Shown piece by piece: positions 41,329-53,824 of a stretch of DNA of 64,000 nt; position 1 is the stretch's first letter, and the number at the start of each line of letters is the position of its first letter. A model generated the notes under the pieces. The model saw only the letters and a program-made list of their open reading frames with translations, did not search any database and was not told the origin of the DNA. The stretch is taken from the NCBI RefSeq assembly GCF_009914755.1, contig NC_060948.1; one strand, written 5' to 3'. The DNA comes from the human T2T-CHM13v2.0 reference genome, Homo sapiens. The position numbers and the translations under genes are program-made.

Positions 41329-44300
41329 TAGACGATATTGCTCCCAGACTTTTATCACTGCCTTCATATTCATCTCTGGACTAGTCATTTTCAATGCATG
41401 GAAAAAAAATGGGTGCATGTATTTTTAAATTATTGAGGACAGTATCCTACTTAAGCACAATACTGTATTCATGCATTTAAGTGTCATGTAAGGATTAATA
41501 TTTTGATTTACTCTAAAACAATAAGTTACTGAACTCCTAGAGGCCCATCCTAAATAATATAAATAAGATACAGTCACTATCTGTTGTTCACCTAATAAGT
41601 ACCTGACACTATGCTAGGAAATAGGAGGTGGGTGGTGGGACTTAATGAGTCTGTCAGTCCATTGTTTTTATATATTTTATATAAATATATATATATTTAT
41701 ATATGTGTGTGTGTATAATTGCTGTTTTAATTATTGAGCATCTGCTATGTGTCAAGCACTGTAATGGACACAACAGACTCAGTAGTATGCAAAACTAGCA
41801 CACACTTTGACCCCATGGAGTTTGCAATGTAACTAGGAAAGTATATGTGAAACTGAATATTACAAAGAAGAATGCCAGAAGAGCAGGAAATATTTCAGGA
41901 AAAAAGAATTATTTCAGATGTTTATGAACTTCACCTACAGTTTCAATCTTGTAAATATAAACATGCTGTTCTTTATACAAAATCCCACTGTGGACTCACA
42001 AGCACAGATAGGGTACACGCAGGGATGGTTTTCCCAAAGCTGAGATAAATTGAGATTGAATATCAGCCACCCTCAGCTAATCTCTTAAATAGACACGCAT
42101 ACTTAAGGAATGCTTGGACTAAGTAAGCCTATGACACAGGGTGAAGGCAATGTAACCCCAAATTAAATCAGCAACTTGTTCCCCCTTGGTTCACTTTAAT
42201 TGTGCTAATTATCAAAAACCTGAATATGTGGTCAAGCTGGGCACAGAAGGTGGTAGAGAACTTCCACGTATTATTATTTACTTTTCAAGTCTCTACACCT
42301 GAAAAGCAGAAAAGGCAGGTGCTATTAATACCATTTTATGGATGAAGACACCAAGACTTATAGCTAATAGCCCACCCAAGATCAAAAATACATAACAAGA
42401 GCTATTTCCAAACCTCAAAGCACGAATCTCTTGGGTATGAACTCTTGTCTCTTTGCTGAGTCAGATTACTTACTATTCATATACTTTGCATCATTACATA
42501 AAAGAAAATTGCTCAGTTACATGCACTTTAAGCCTTTTAGGTATATTCTATCAAAAACACAAGATCAATTCAAAAATAAAAATTGCTTTAAAATTTATAA
42601 ATTTGAGCTATTTACTTGGTAGTATTCATGTATTCATGACTCAGCAGGTAGCAATATAATGCATGCTTGTCAGATATTATTCACTATAAAATAATAAAAT
42701 AGTGCATCCCTGGGTAAAATTAAGAGCAAGACTCCATCTCAAGAAAAAAAAAAAATTCTACTCCCAGGTCTACAGAAAAAACGCCAGTTTAAATTAAATT
42801 CTGCTTGCTCCCATAGAATAAAATAGCCCTGTGTATTTAAATTACAAAAACAGTAGCCTTTCTGTTATATAAATTTATGTCCCGAATGAGTGTAGTAGAT
42901 AGTGCATATACCACCACTGATATTTGTAGCTGGGCAATTAGAAACATGTAACTTGCAAACATCTATAATATTTATATTTATAATATCAAATATCTATAAT
43001 ACAGAAAGCCAAACAAGAAGTACAGGTTGACCAAAAAAAAAAAAAAAAAGAATAAACAGGCCATATGCACAACTGCAGCTCAGTAAAGCATGCTGCTGTC
43101 ATTTTGTGGTAGATTATAGTTTTACTGTAACTAAGAACCAAACAACTCTAGAAGAAGTAGGTGTGCATTCATGTATGAGTGCACACACACATATTTTTGT
43201 TTTCTCATTTTTACTGATAATAACAGTAATAATTATTGCAGAAAATTCAGAAATGGAGTTTTTAAAACTCTAAAAATTGTACAACCATTCAGAAGTAAAT
43301 GCTACTACCTTTTCCCCACATTTTCTTGCAGATCACCAATTATACATCAGATTTTTATGTATTTATTATGATTATTTCCTCACTGCCATCTATTCTTTAT
43401 AATGTACTTGAATCACTCTACTATAATTCATTTAAGTATTCCCTTTTTAAAGGAGGTTATGAATTTGCCAGCTCTTTTTCTTTTAAATGTTTGCAAATTC
43501 GATAGTTTGAAATAATAACTCAATGATTTATTTGCATTGTATTTATTTGATTACTAGTGACAGTGAACAAGCGTCTCAATGTTAATTGACTATTTTTATC
43601 CCTTTATTAGTTCGTTATTTGAGCATGTTCTTTATTTTATTGAGAACAGTATCTTATTTCTCTAAAAACAATAACAATCAAAAGTACATTACTGAGGAAA
43701 CATATTCATATTTGGCAAATAAAATAATGTGATGGTCTCATAACAACCCTTTCAATGTGATAACTTAGAAATAGTTTTTTTTTTTTTCTAAGTTGTCTTA
43801 AGTAACAAATGTTGTCTTTCCAAACCTAGCTTCAGGGGTAAAATAATAATAAAAATGCATTTGAATCCAAAATATGCAAGAATCATTGTGTCCAGCTCCT
43901 GTAGGTAGACAATATAAGCTACTGAAATCTGTCTGATGCATAAAACGGGTCCTTTTTCCTCCTTAATGATTCAGTCTGCTGGATTTCCATATTCATATTA
44001 ACAGTTAAATATTTCTAAGTCATCCAGACAGGACTTATGAACCAGAATGTGATCTTTGTACCAGCGATTCATTTAATACAATTATTTATGGCACTACAGA
44101 ATTGATATTTTGAAAAAGTATGAAAAAATATCTTAGCATATATAAAAAATCTTTAAATGATATGAAATACTCCATTTTACCATTATTACTTCTAATAATA
44201 ACACCAAAATTTGCATTTATCTTATTTGATCCTCACAGCAATCCACAGACCTAGAAAGAAGAGGCGTTTTCATCCTATTTTTATAAAGAAAGAAAGCAAG

Positions 44301-47300
44301 GTGCAAAAGACATTGAGTAAAAACCCAAGGTGATATGCTTAATTTGTAGCAAGGAAGAGGCTGAAAATTTACCCTTCGGTTTCTAAATCCTTTACTCCCT
44401 TTTCCTTAACACTACTGACCCTCCTTCCGCATAATTATAGCATCATTGTCAGAGTTCTAGTTTTCTGTTAACACCCTATTTGGTCTACAGGTGATGTTCA
44501 ACTACACCTCTCTGTTTACCACCAAACTATGAAAGCGGAAGACAGGAGCTTTCCAGTGAAAACTTCTTAAGGAAACTTAGAGGGTGAACTGTCCTTTCAA
44601 ATAATGTCTGCTAAGGATAAGTCTCTGGGTTAGCCTGATCTATTTTGTACTCTCATTCACCTGTAGCGTTATTCATACAATTCTCTGAGCCTGGAAGCCT
44701 GGAATGAATGCTTTTGTTCATTCTTTCTCTCTCCTTTCTTGCTTTTCTCTCTCCCTCTCTCTCTCTCCCTCCCTCCTTCCCTCTCCCCTCATCTCTCTCA
44801 TCTGTCTCCACCCACCCCATTCTCCAAGGCCCACCTCGTATGCCATCAATCTTTCTCATTATCTTCCACAAATTGAATGTGATAATTCTTGCCTCTGAAC
44901 CAATGCTACTAAGTAAACTTATCTTTTAATTCAAACCTATACAAGTTGTCTTACTCCCTTATCTGACAATAAAATGCTTTATGGTTTTGCCTCACATATG
45001 AAAGTGTTCAATATCATTAAGAAAAATAATGTACAGATACACATCTGAGGAGGTATTGGCATATACAATTGATATAGGCATAGAAGTCTCGAAAATGGGT
45101 TTATATCACAGAACAAGAACTACCCATTTGTATTAAAGTACAACCTACTTGCCTAATTGTAGCATGTAGCTGAGAACAACCTCCAACGATGTGAATAGTT
45201 TGCACTGGGGCCCTTCAGAAATTGATTACCCTTCCAAAATGCATCCAGCTTTGACTTTAATGACAAGTTCAATTATTTTTTCTCTAAATTCATTGATGGC
45301 AATGTGTGTTATTGCCACCTTCTAATTGTAGCTTTCTGCCTCTTTGAATATGTCCCATGGCATAAGTTATGTGCATTTCAGCAATAGAAGCAAAAAACAC
45401 TTGTGCCCAAATGACATTTGGGACTGACTTCACAATCTGCTCCAGGATTTACTCTAGGTGTTGTTTCCCTAATGTAGATCTTCCAAACTGAACCGCTTCA
45501 ATCTTTTTTAGTACATAGTGCTGGAGTTGTAAATAACTGCTCAAAAGTCAACTGTGGTATGATCGAGACCCTAAGCAAGAAATTATGTGTAAAGAAAAGA
45601 TTTCTTCTCTTTCCTAGGCCTGTTAATTCATCAGCAAAAGTAAGCAATTATAAAATAGGAGGGTTTTCCAAGTCTTACTGTGCAGAATCACCTGGGAAGT
45701 TTTTATTTGTATAAAAAGCACAGTTTTTTATCCTCATCCCAGTCCTATAGAATGAAAATTTCCAGGGATCGTTCTAATATATCTAGTCCATTGATCCCTG
45801 TTGAGATACAATAGGTTATACGGTCTCTAAGGTCTCAGGCATCACTAGACTTTTATAATCCATGAATATTTATGAAATCCAAATGATAATAAGAAAATGC
45901 TTTTTCATCCATCTAGACGCATCAGGCAAGGCAAAGAATGCTCAACTGAGTATCAGGAGACTTGGAATAAATCGTGGCTTTTTCATGACTTTGTAATCTC
46001 AGAAAAGTCCTTTCCTCTTAGGGCTTCAGTTTTCTCATGTATAAAATAAAATAATTGGATCAAAGCATAATCTAATCTGTGATGCCTTGTGAGTTGTGCC
46101 TGCAGAAGTTCAAATAAGATAGATGAGGATAAGGCTAACACAAAGACTTGTGCCACCAGGGGAAAGGCTGTTGACTATCTCACACGGGTATATTCATTAT
46201 CATGATGCCAAGGCCTCAGATCTCTGCAGCCTTTTTGACTCAGTTATCTAAGTTATCAGCACTCAGAGAGTGGGTAGATTCACATTGTGCTGGCTCACAA
46301 GACTGATCAGAAATACAAATAATTAGTTTGCAGTGAAAAACAGGACTATGATAATAACTGTAGGCACTGTAGATGAGGCATCTTTTTTTCTATGGACTTT
46401 ATGTAAAAGATACAGCATGGAAAGCTACCTGTAATGAAAAGGCCAGGAACTTATTTATAATGAAAAAAAAAACATAACTGAAAGAGAAATAGGCAATATA
46501 TTACTTTGGTGAGAGCAGTCTCTTTTTGAAAGTAAGATCTACCTAGAAAGACCCATAACCGACAGTATTCTTTTGGTGAGCCTAGAGCCATAGCAAAGGG
46601 AGTTAGGGGAATTAGCAAAAAAATTTGAATACATCTCTTACTGTTTTGATTTCAACTCCCTTTACCCTTTCCCAAATTCACTCAGAAACTTCCACGAACC
46701 TAGACTTGCAGGAAGTATGCAATAAGGATCTGCCTTTCAGAAGCTGAAAAAGACAAATAGGGCAGCAATGAGGTAGGGTAAAGTAGTAATGAGAAATAAG
46801 TTTAAGGACAAATCGTGGAGAACTCCAAATTCCATAACAATGAGTATAAACAGAATTCATAGGTATGAAGAGTGATAGAACCTCAAATTTCAGTTAAGTG
46901 ACATGTCTGACATAGAATTGAATTGGAGTTAATTGGTGATATCTTGAAAAGTTAGAATGAATATTGAACACTATCCAATATGTGGCTAGTGATTAGAGGA
47001 TTCAAGTGTATTCATGTGATATTCCAACAAAGTCTTGTAGCAACATATAGTATTTTAAAAGGGAGAGATGTTGGGAGTGAGTATAATTCAAAGAGGCATC
47101 TCAATTTCAAGTTAAGCAAAATATTAACATACATGTTAACTTAGTGAACTCCCACTGGACAGAAAAAGACATAATTTGAGCAATAATAACTTCAATCGTC
47201 AAAAACACATCACAAGTATAAAAGTAAATAAATTCAGAATGATAAAAACTTATTAGATATCATTGGAAGTTGCTAAGACATCAACCCATTTTTCTGAAAA

Positions 47301-48410
47301 CAGATGAAGGGGAAATTTTAAAGCATTCATCGTCACTTTCCAGATGAAGGGCATTTTAAGATAAGCTAATAATTATGGAGAGAAAGTTATTCTTTGTTGA
47401 ATTGATAGATTCAAAAGGAATGATAGAAGAAGAAAATCTCCATTTTGCATCCCCTAAAAGCATAATGTACCTTGACAACAATAATCAATTAATTCTAAAA
47501 ACCTTAGTTGAAGTGTTGGTGAGAAATTTGATGATGGAAGGGTCAGGTTGACATCATCTGAACCCACAGTGACAGTTTCCATTACTGGAAGTAGGACAAT
47601 CAGACATTATATGCCTCCAAGGCAGTGTAATGGAAAGTATACACCACCACTCACTAAATATTATTGCCTAAAATTGGAACAAAATACAATTAAGGCTCTG
47701 GGGCTACACACAATTTTAAGGGAAATACCAGAAAAAGAGGAGTATATTAAATGAAGTCATAAGGAACCAATCTGTGATATTCAGAATGTGGGATGGTCTA
47801 TAGGACAAACAGTCCGGTTTCTCTCTCAATCAATTGCATGATCTGAGGGATTTTTGAGTATAGATGATATTAGATGGTGTTAAAGAATTTAATTAATTTT
47901 CTTAGCATAATAGGTTAATGTTATTAAGTATGCCAGTGACATGGTGATATGTAAAATCTATTTAAAATATTATTGTCAGAGATGTGTATTTAAGTATTTT
48001 CTGGTAAAATAACATAATGCTGTAATATTTTATAAACCCCTCTCAAACAAAATTAAAAAGAGTAGTTGGGCGATAGAAGCCTCAATATTCCAAAGTAATG
48101 ATGGTTGTTGACTGTACGTGATGGATACATCGCAACTAATTACTGTTCTCTTTACTTTCATATGGAATTCAAAAATTTGCATAATAAAATGCTTTTTAAA
48201 ATTACTGAATATGAATTGATCTGACTAGAGCAGAATTGGTGGACAACACCTGTCCAAGAGGTACTGCAGAGTAGCAAATCAGGGATGCCCCTTCTAAAAG
48301 TTGTAATGCTATGCAGAACTTCCTCTAACATAGCACTTATCACTCTGTATAATACTTACCTACTTAAATGCCAGTTTCCATATATTGTGTGCTGCTTATT
48401 CTTTAGTTTT

Positions 48411-48660
48411 TGCTACAGATTGATTCTCTATCTGTTTCCATGTTGTACTATTTTCCATAAATCTGGCTTGCTTGGGCTTCTTTACCCTCTGGCTTCCAAC
48501 TAGATTTGGCCAAAGGAAAATACTGGCTAGATATCTGCTATAGATTGATTCTCTATCTCGTTCCATATTGTAGTGTTTTCCATGAAGCTGGCCTGCTTGG
48601 GTTTCTTTACCCTCTGGATTCCAACTAGATTTGGCCAAAGGAAACTACTGGCAAGATATC
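48411..48660 (+). repeat. ~125-bp diverged tandem duplication within an ERVL LTR (LTR33/LTR16-like) fragment
   Basis: tgcta.agattgattctctatct..ttctttaccctctgg.ttccaactagatttggccaaaggaaa.tactggc.agatatct at 48411 and 48536. Confidence 0.85.
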
Positions 48661-49139
48661 TGAGGGTGGAAGGAGAGAATGAAGTACTAATTCCTTTGTT
48701 TCCTTCCCTTATAGGCTGCAAGTTGTCTGGGCTGATTTGTCTATCTGTTAATAGCTCCTGTGGTCAAAACTTTCATACAGATAGAACTTTCACTGTGGGT
48801 TCCAGAAAGGATTTCCTCCCCTTGACCCTTTAGGCCTAGGAGTAGTAGTAACTTTTCAGTATGCCATCTGTTATTTGCTAAGACCCTGACTGATAAAGAC
48901 TATAAGCTTCATTAAAGCTTACAAATTGTCTCACTGTCTTTTGTTCATTGTGATACCTACAATATATGACTGCCTGTCATCTAGGAGACAAAAAATTAAT
49001 ATTAGCTAAAGGAAAAGAAAAATAGAAGGATATGAATAAAATCCCACATTAATTTCCAATTTTAAAAAAAGTAACGGAGAAATAGAAAATACATGCTTAT
49101 TGTGTTCTTTTAAAAAGAGTCCATTCATTAGTCAGTTTC

Positions 49140-50480
49140 ATGTACAATGAATTGGCCATGCAGACGGCCAGTGCTGAAGAGAAATGTTTGAAATATCTGC
49201 TCCTGTAACTACCAAACCTTTAAATTTATTTTCCTGAATACTTATTTCACAGGTAGAACAATTATCAGTAATTTGATTTACCCAATAAGCTGCTTTGCCT
49301 TGTTTATTTGTGCTTCCAAATCCTCCTCTTCATTTAATTTCACTTTTTCCCATTCCCAAATACAGCACAATCAGGAGCTGTGCTATACACTCTCCTGGCT
49401 CTGCTTTCCAGCGAACAGAAGTAGATATAACAATTTGAATTTCCCCATTGTAGTCTGAATCAATGACTCCTGTATGTATTTGTACCTCTTTTAAACTTAA
49501 ACTAGACCTTCCTAAAAGTGATCCTATTGTTCCCACTGGCAAGGGTCCACAGACTCCTGTTGGGACCTTATGTGGGTGTTCCCCAGGCGGAAGGCTCACA
49601 GCTTTTGTGCAGCATAAATCTACTGCCACACTACTGGCTGTGGCAGGGGACAGATATTGTACAGAGGTGAAGGAATGGCCTGAGCTGGAAATGCCCCAGT
49701 CTGGAGTGGGGGCCGGGATGGGCTGGCACCTCATGGCATTTCCTGAAATTGGGTTCCCATCTTTATCAAACTTAGAGTGACACTGACTAGCTCAATGTTT
49801 TCCTTTTTTACATTTTGGACACATTTCAGACTCAGCAGTTACTTTTTCCTGCTATCTGGCAGCCTGACTCACTGATTTTTTCTACATTCTTTTTTAGTAT
49901 GAATAGCTTGTTTAAATTCTTGAGTAATTTAAAAGGAAAAGCCTCAAATATTTCCCTGCTGATCTGGGGGTTGTATTCTAACAGAGTACTGCCAAGCCTC
50001 TAAATCACCCTCTCTTCTAGCTTGCTGAATTACTGCCTGTATAGAACTGAGAGCACTCAAGGCGCTGCTTGAACACTCACTGGGGCAAAAAGTTTTCACC
50101 CAGGGTCCTCTGGAAAAGAAAGATCTGGAGGGCCTTTTTCTTCAGTATAATAATGAGGGGGTGCAGAAGGGTAGGGATGAACCTCTCCCTCCTTTGCCGC
50201 TTTAGCTTTAGTTGGCAAATAAACCTGCTCTGAAACCTCCTGTGTTACTTCGTTATACTCTCCTTCCTCCCCATCATCAGTGTGAAAAAGTTCCAAGGTG
50301 GAACTAACCACAGCCCGCACTTGTCCCATTGTTACCCTGATGCTTCTGAACTCCCCTTCTTACTCACCAAGGAGATTGCTTTAAGAGTACTTGGGTGTCC
50401 TCCAGCTGGTTCCACATTCTCCAACCATCACTCCAGTGATCCTTTGACCTGGATTCAACCCCTTGCGTATGGGTGCCCCT
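49140..50480 (-). mobile_element. HERV-K HML-3 (HERVK9) internal fragment: deleted gag, dUTPase, start of protease; 3'-truncated
   Basis: Gag MGQVRAVVSSTLELF..PYPSAPP; Zn knuckle CPKCKKGKH*ASQC; dUTPase AVDLC..LLGRSSLSLKEVQIHTGVIDSDYNGEIQIV..IAQLL; protease AAYWVNQIT..KGLVVTGADIS..QHWPSAWPI. Confidence 0.9.
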
Positions 50481-50536
50481 TGCCGAGACCAGCTCAGCTG
50501 GGGAAACCCTAACCCAGCAGTGCTAGAGGAATTAAA

Positions 50537-50577
<41 letters not shown>

Positions 50578-51016
50578 TATAGAAGTGTAAAGTGGGAAAT
50601 CAGGGGTCTCACAGCCTTCAGAGCTGACGGCCCTGAACAGAGATTTGCCCACTTATTTACTAACAGCAAGCCAGTCATTAGAATTGTTTCTATAGATATT
50701 CGATTAATTGAAAGTATCCCTTATGGGAAATGAAGGGATGAGCCAAAATAAAGGGATGGGTTTGGCTATTTATCTGCAGCAGGGGCATGTCCTTAAGGCA
50801 CAGATTGCTCATGCTATTGTTTGTGGTTTAAGAATGCCATTAAGCAGTTTTCCACCAAGGGCGGGCCAGGTGTTTTTTGCCCTCATTCTGGTAAACCCAC
50901 AACCTTCCAGTGTGGGTGTTATGGCCATCATGAACATGTCACAGTGCTGCAGAGATTTTATTTATGGCCAGTTTGGGGCCAGTTTATGGCCAGATTTTGG
51001 GGGACTGTTCCCAACA
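50481..51016 (-). mobile_element. MER9 LTR (5' LTR of HERV-K HML-3) with an internal (CA)n at ~50539-50575
   Basis: Minus strand tgttgggaacagtcccccaaaatctggccataaactggccccaaactggccataaa..ctctgcagcactgtgacatg ... gctgagctggtctcggca, followed by a degenerate Lys-type PBS. Confidence 0.9.
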
Positions 51017-52925
51017 GGTGGTATTTACAAATATTTTACTGTGTACCTATTTCCTGCAGCTATTAGTAGGTTGGCTCAAGATCCAGGAATGAGATGATAC
51101 AATTGAGGTAACAAGGCCCCAGAAGAGCAATAGGAACTGGGGTCAACATTGCAAAGAAAAAGGAGAATGGGCCTTGAAACGTAAACACATTTGCTTCCTC
51201 TGGGACAAGTAGAAAAGGAAGAATGTCAGAGGTAAACAGTCAAGTTGGGATAATGAGAAGCACACTCTAAATAAGCTCCATCTTCTCAGGCAGATTAGAG
51301 GGTTAGATCATGGGTTTTAGGAGCAGCTCAGAGGTACAGAGCAGCTCAAGTGTGTAACGGAAGAACAGCTCTTTAAGGCACAGAGGACTGATCACCTGTA
51401 TTGAGGGCCCAGCTGTAGTTGGGGGAGCCTGAAATTAAGTAAGCCCAAACCATGTGCTTGGAGGGGAGTTTATTTTTTATTTTTATTTTTACTTTTGGTA
51501 GGTCCGTGGAGGAATTCTAAGCATCCATCTCTTCTTCACCTTTCAGTGAGGGTGGAAAGATGAAGATGTTTAAGGATTGGAGGTTTGCAGAGCCTACCTT
51601 ATTTGATGTGAGAATGGCAGCCTATTTAACTGAAGATTCTGGGCTTATCTTGCATAGTGAAGGGAAGCAGAGGAGGGGCAAGTGGCAGCTAACCCAGGGG
51701 GAAAGGGAGGGTGGATTAGCGGTCTCAGGGATCAAGGACTAGATCTGGAGAGACTGGCAGGTGGAATTATAACAATTGTCCAAGAGTACAGAATTGCAGG
51801 ATTAGGTTTCAGGTGGATACTGGAAAGCAAATGCACTGTGCTGCCATTGGATGGAGTCATGGAAATGAACAAAGTTCAAGGTCCCTGGGGTGAAGGAGTC
51901 ACCAGGGCTGCAAAGGTCATCCATGTGGCCATTTGATCTGGTCATCTGGGAAGTAACTGGACAAGAGAAAGTGAGGATGAGGAGTGGCAGGGAGTCTATT
52001 TCAGCAAGTGGGATTGAATCTATTTTTTAAGAAATCATATTCTGTTTCTAAGTGTATGTCTTAGACCACACTGGATTTACAGCAGTATTTTTGGCCTACA
52101 TCGTGAACTGCTGCTGCCAGATGTTAAAAGTAGCAAGGCTTTACCCTAGCATTAAGTCTTGCTTGGGGCTTCTCAATGAGACCTACTTGTTTAATGTTAA
52201 GTGCACACCCTTTACAATTTTATATAGCATTGATAGGAATTGGGCTTGCTCCAGCTATAAAAATGAGTGTTGGAAGCACAGTTTTTTGAGATGTTTGGAT
52301 TGTGTTTAGACTAATAACTTCATCTGCAAGATACGGGACTGGCTAGATTCCTGTTTATTTAACTGTGAGTTTCTGAAGGCTTTGAGGAAGATTGTCATCC
52401 TCACACAAACCGCCATGGCTGTATTTCCTCACCTGGAATGTCAATCCTTTTCTCTTCCTGATAAAACCATACTGTCTTTCAAGACACAGCTGGACTGTCA
52501 CCCTGGTGATATCTTCCCTGACTCCCACTGAGCAAATGATTTAGGTCTCGTTCCTGCATGCAGTCTTTATTTACCTCAGTTATGAAGTTATACCTTATTG
52601 TGATTATTTCTCCCTGATTAAATTGTGAGGTCTTTAGAGACAGTGACTATATCTGTCTACATTTGTATAACTTGTTCCCAGTATGCTGCTTGATATGTGT
52701 TAAGTAGTAAATTCTTGCTCTGTGAAAACATAAATGGAAGGATGGCCCATTCATTTAGGAGTTCATAAGAGCTTGCTAACTCTGAGTCAGAATGACCCAT
52801 GAACTGAAACATACAGAGAGCACCATCACTAAAAACTGTGGGATTATATTCTTTTGCAGTTTTATTGCTGAATGCACATTTTGTTCAATGGTTCTTCCTG
52901 AAGAACTCATCAATTTTTAGTTAAC

Positions 52926-53705
52926 GGGACCAGGTGTGGTGGCTTATGCCTGCAGTCCCAGCATTTTGAGAGGCTGAGGTGGGCATGTCATTTGAACCCA
53001 GAGGTTCAAGAGCAGTCTGCGCAGCTTGACAAAGCCCATCTCTATAAAAAACACAAAAAATTAGCCGGACTTGGTGGTGTGTGCTTGTAGTCCCAGCTAC
53101 TCGGGGGGCTGAGGTAGGAGGATCCCTTGAGGCCAGGAGGCAGAGGTTGTAGTGGGTCAAGACCACGCCAGTGCACTACAGCCTAGGCAATAGGGCAGGA
53201 ACCTGTCAAAAAATCTTTTTTAGATAAAGGACTGGGGATTTTAAAGCACTAAGTAGCATATATTACATAAGGGATGTTAGGAACATATGAAAATACAGGT
53301 AAATAGTAATTAGGAGAGTCAATTTGTATGCAGCTAGAATATCTAGTTGTATAAGTTTGAAACTTTGCTTTCCAATAGGTTGAAAAAATTCAAACTCAAG
53401 TCTGGAATTTTTTTTTTTTTTTAGATGGAGTCTCACTCTGTCACCATGGCTGGAGTTCCATGGTAATTATCAGGTCACCACAACCACCTTTGTCTCCCAG
53501 GTTCAGGTGATTCCCTTGCCTCAGCCTCCTGAGTAGCAGAAACTACAGGTTCCCGCCATGATGCCTGGCTAATTTTTGCATTTTGTTAGAGATGTGGTTT
53601 TACAATGCTACACAGGCTGGCCTTGAACTCCTGACCTCAGGTGATCCTACCACATTGGCCTCCCAAAGTGCTAAGATAACAGTTGTGAGCCACAGTAACC
53701 AGCCA
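52926..53705. mobile_element. Two Alus: ~52926-53210 (+) and ~53408-53705 (-)
   Basis: ccaggtgtggtggcttatgcctgcagtcccagca..; poly-T agatggagtctcactctgtcacc..ctcctgacctcaggtgatcc. Confidence 0.88.
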
Positions 53706-53824
53706 AGTTGGAGTCTCTTGAAGGTGAAATTGTTGCTTTGTGGAATTTAGAAAACAGTATATTCATTTACATCAGTTTGGCTTTCATCAGTTTTCTTGCG
53801 AAAAATTAATAATTTTCTATGTAG

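Noticed and set aside
49330-49734. 134-aa dUTPase ORF as a functional gene
   Set aside because: Part of a truncated HML-3 provirus with broken gag and pro; the ORF stops before the C-terminal dUTPase motif V.
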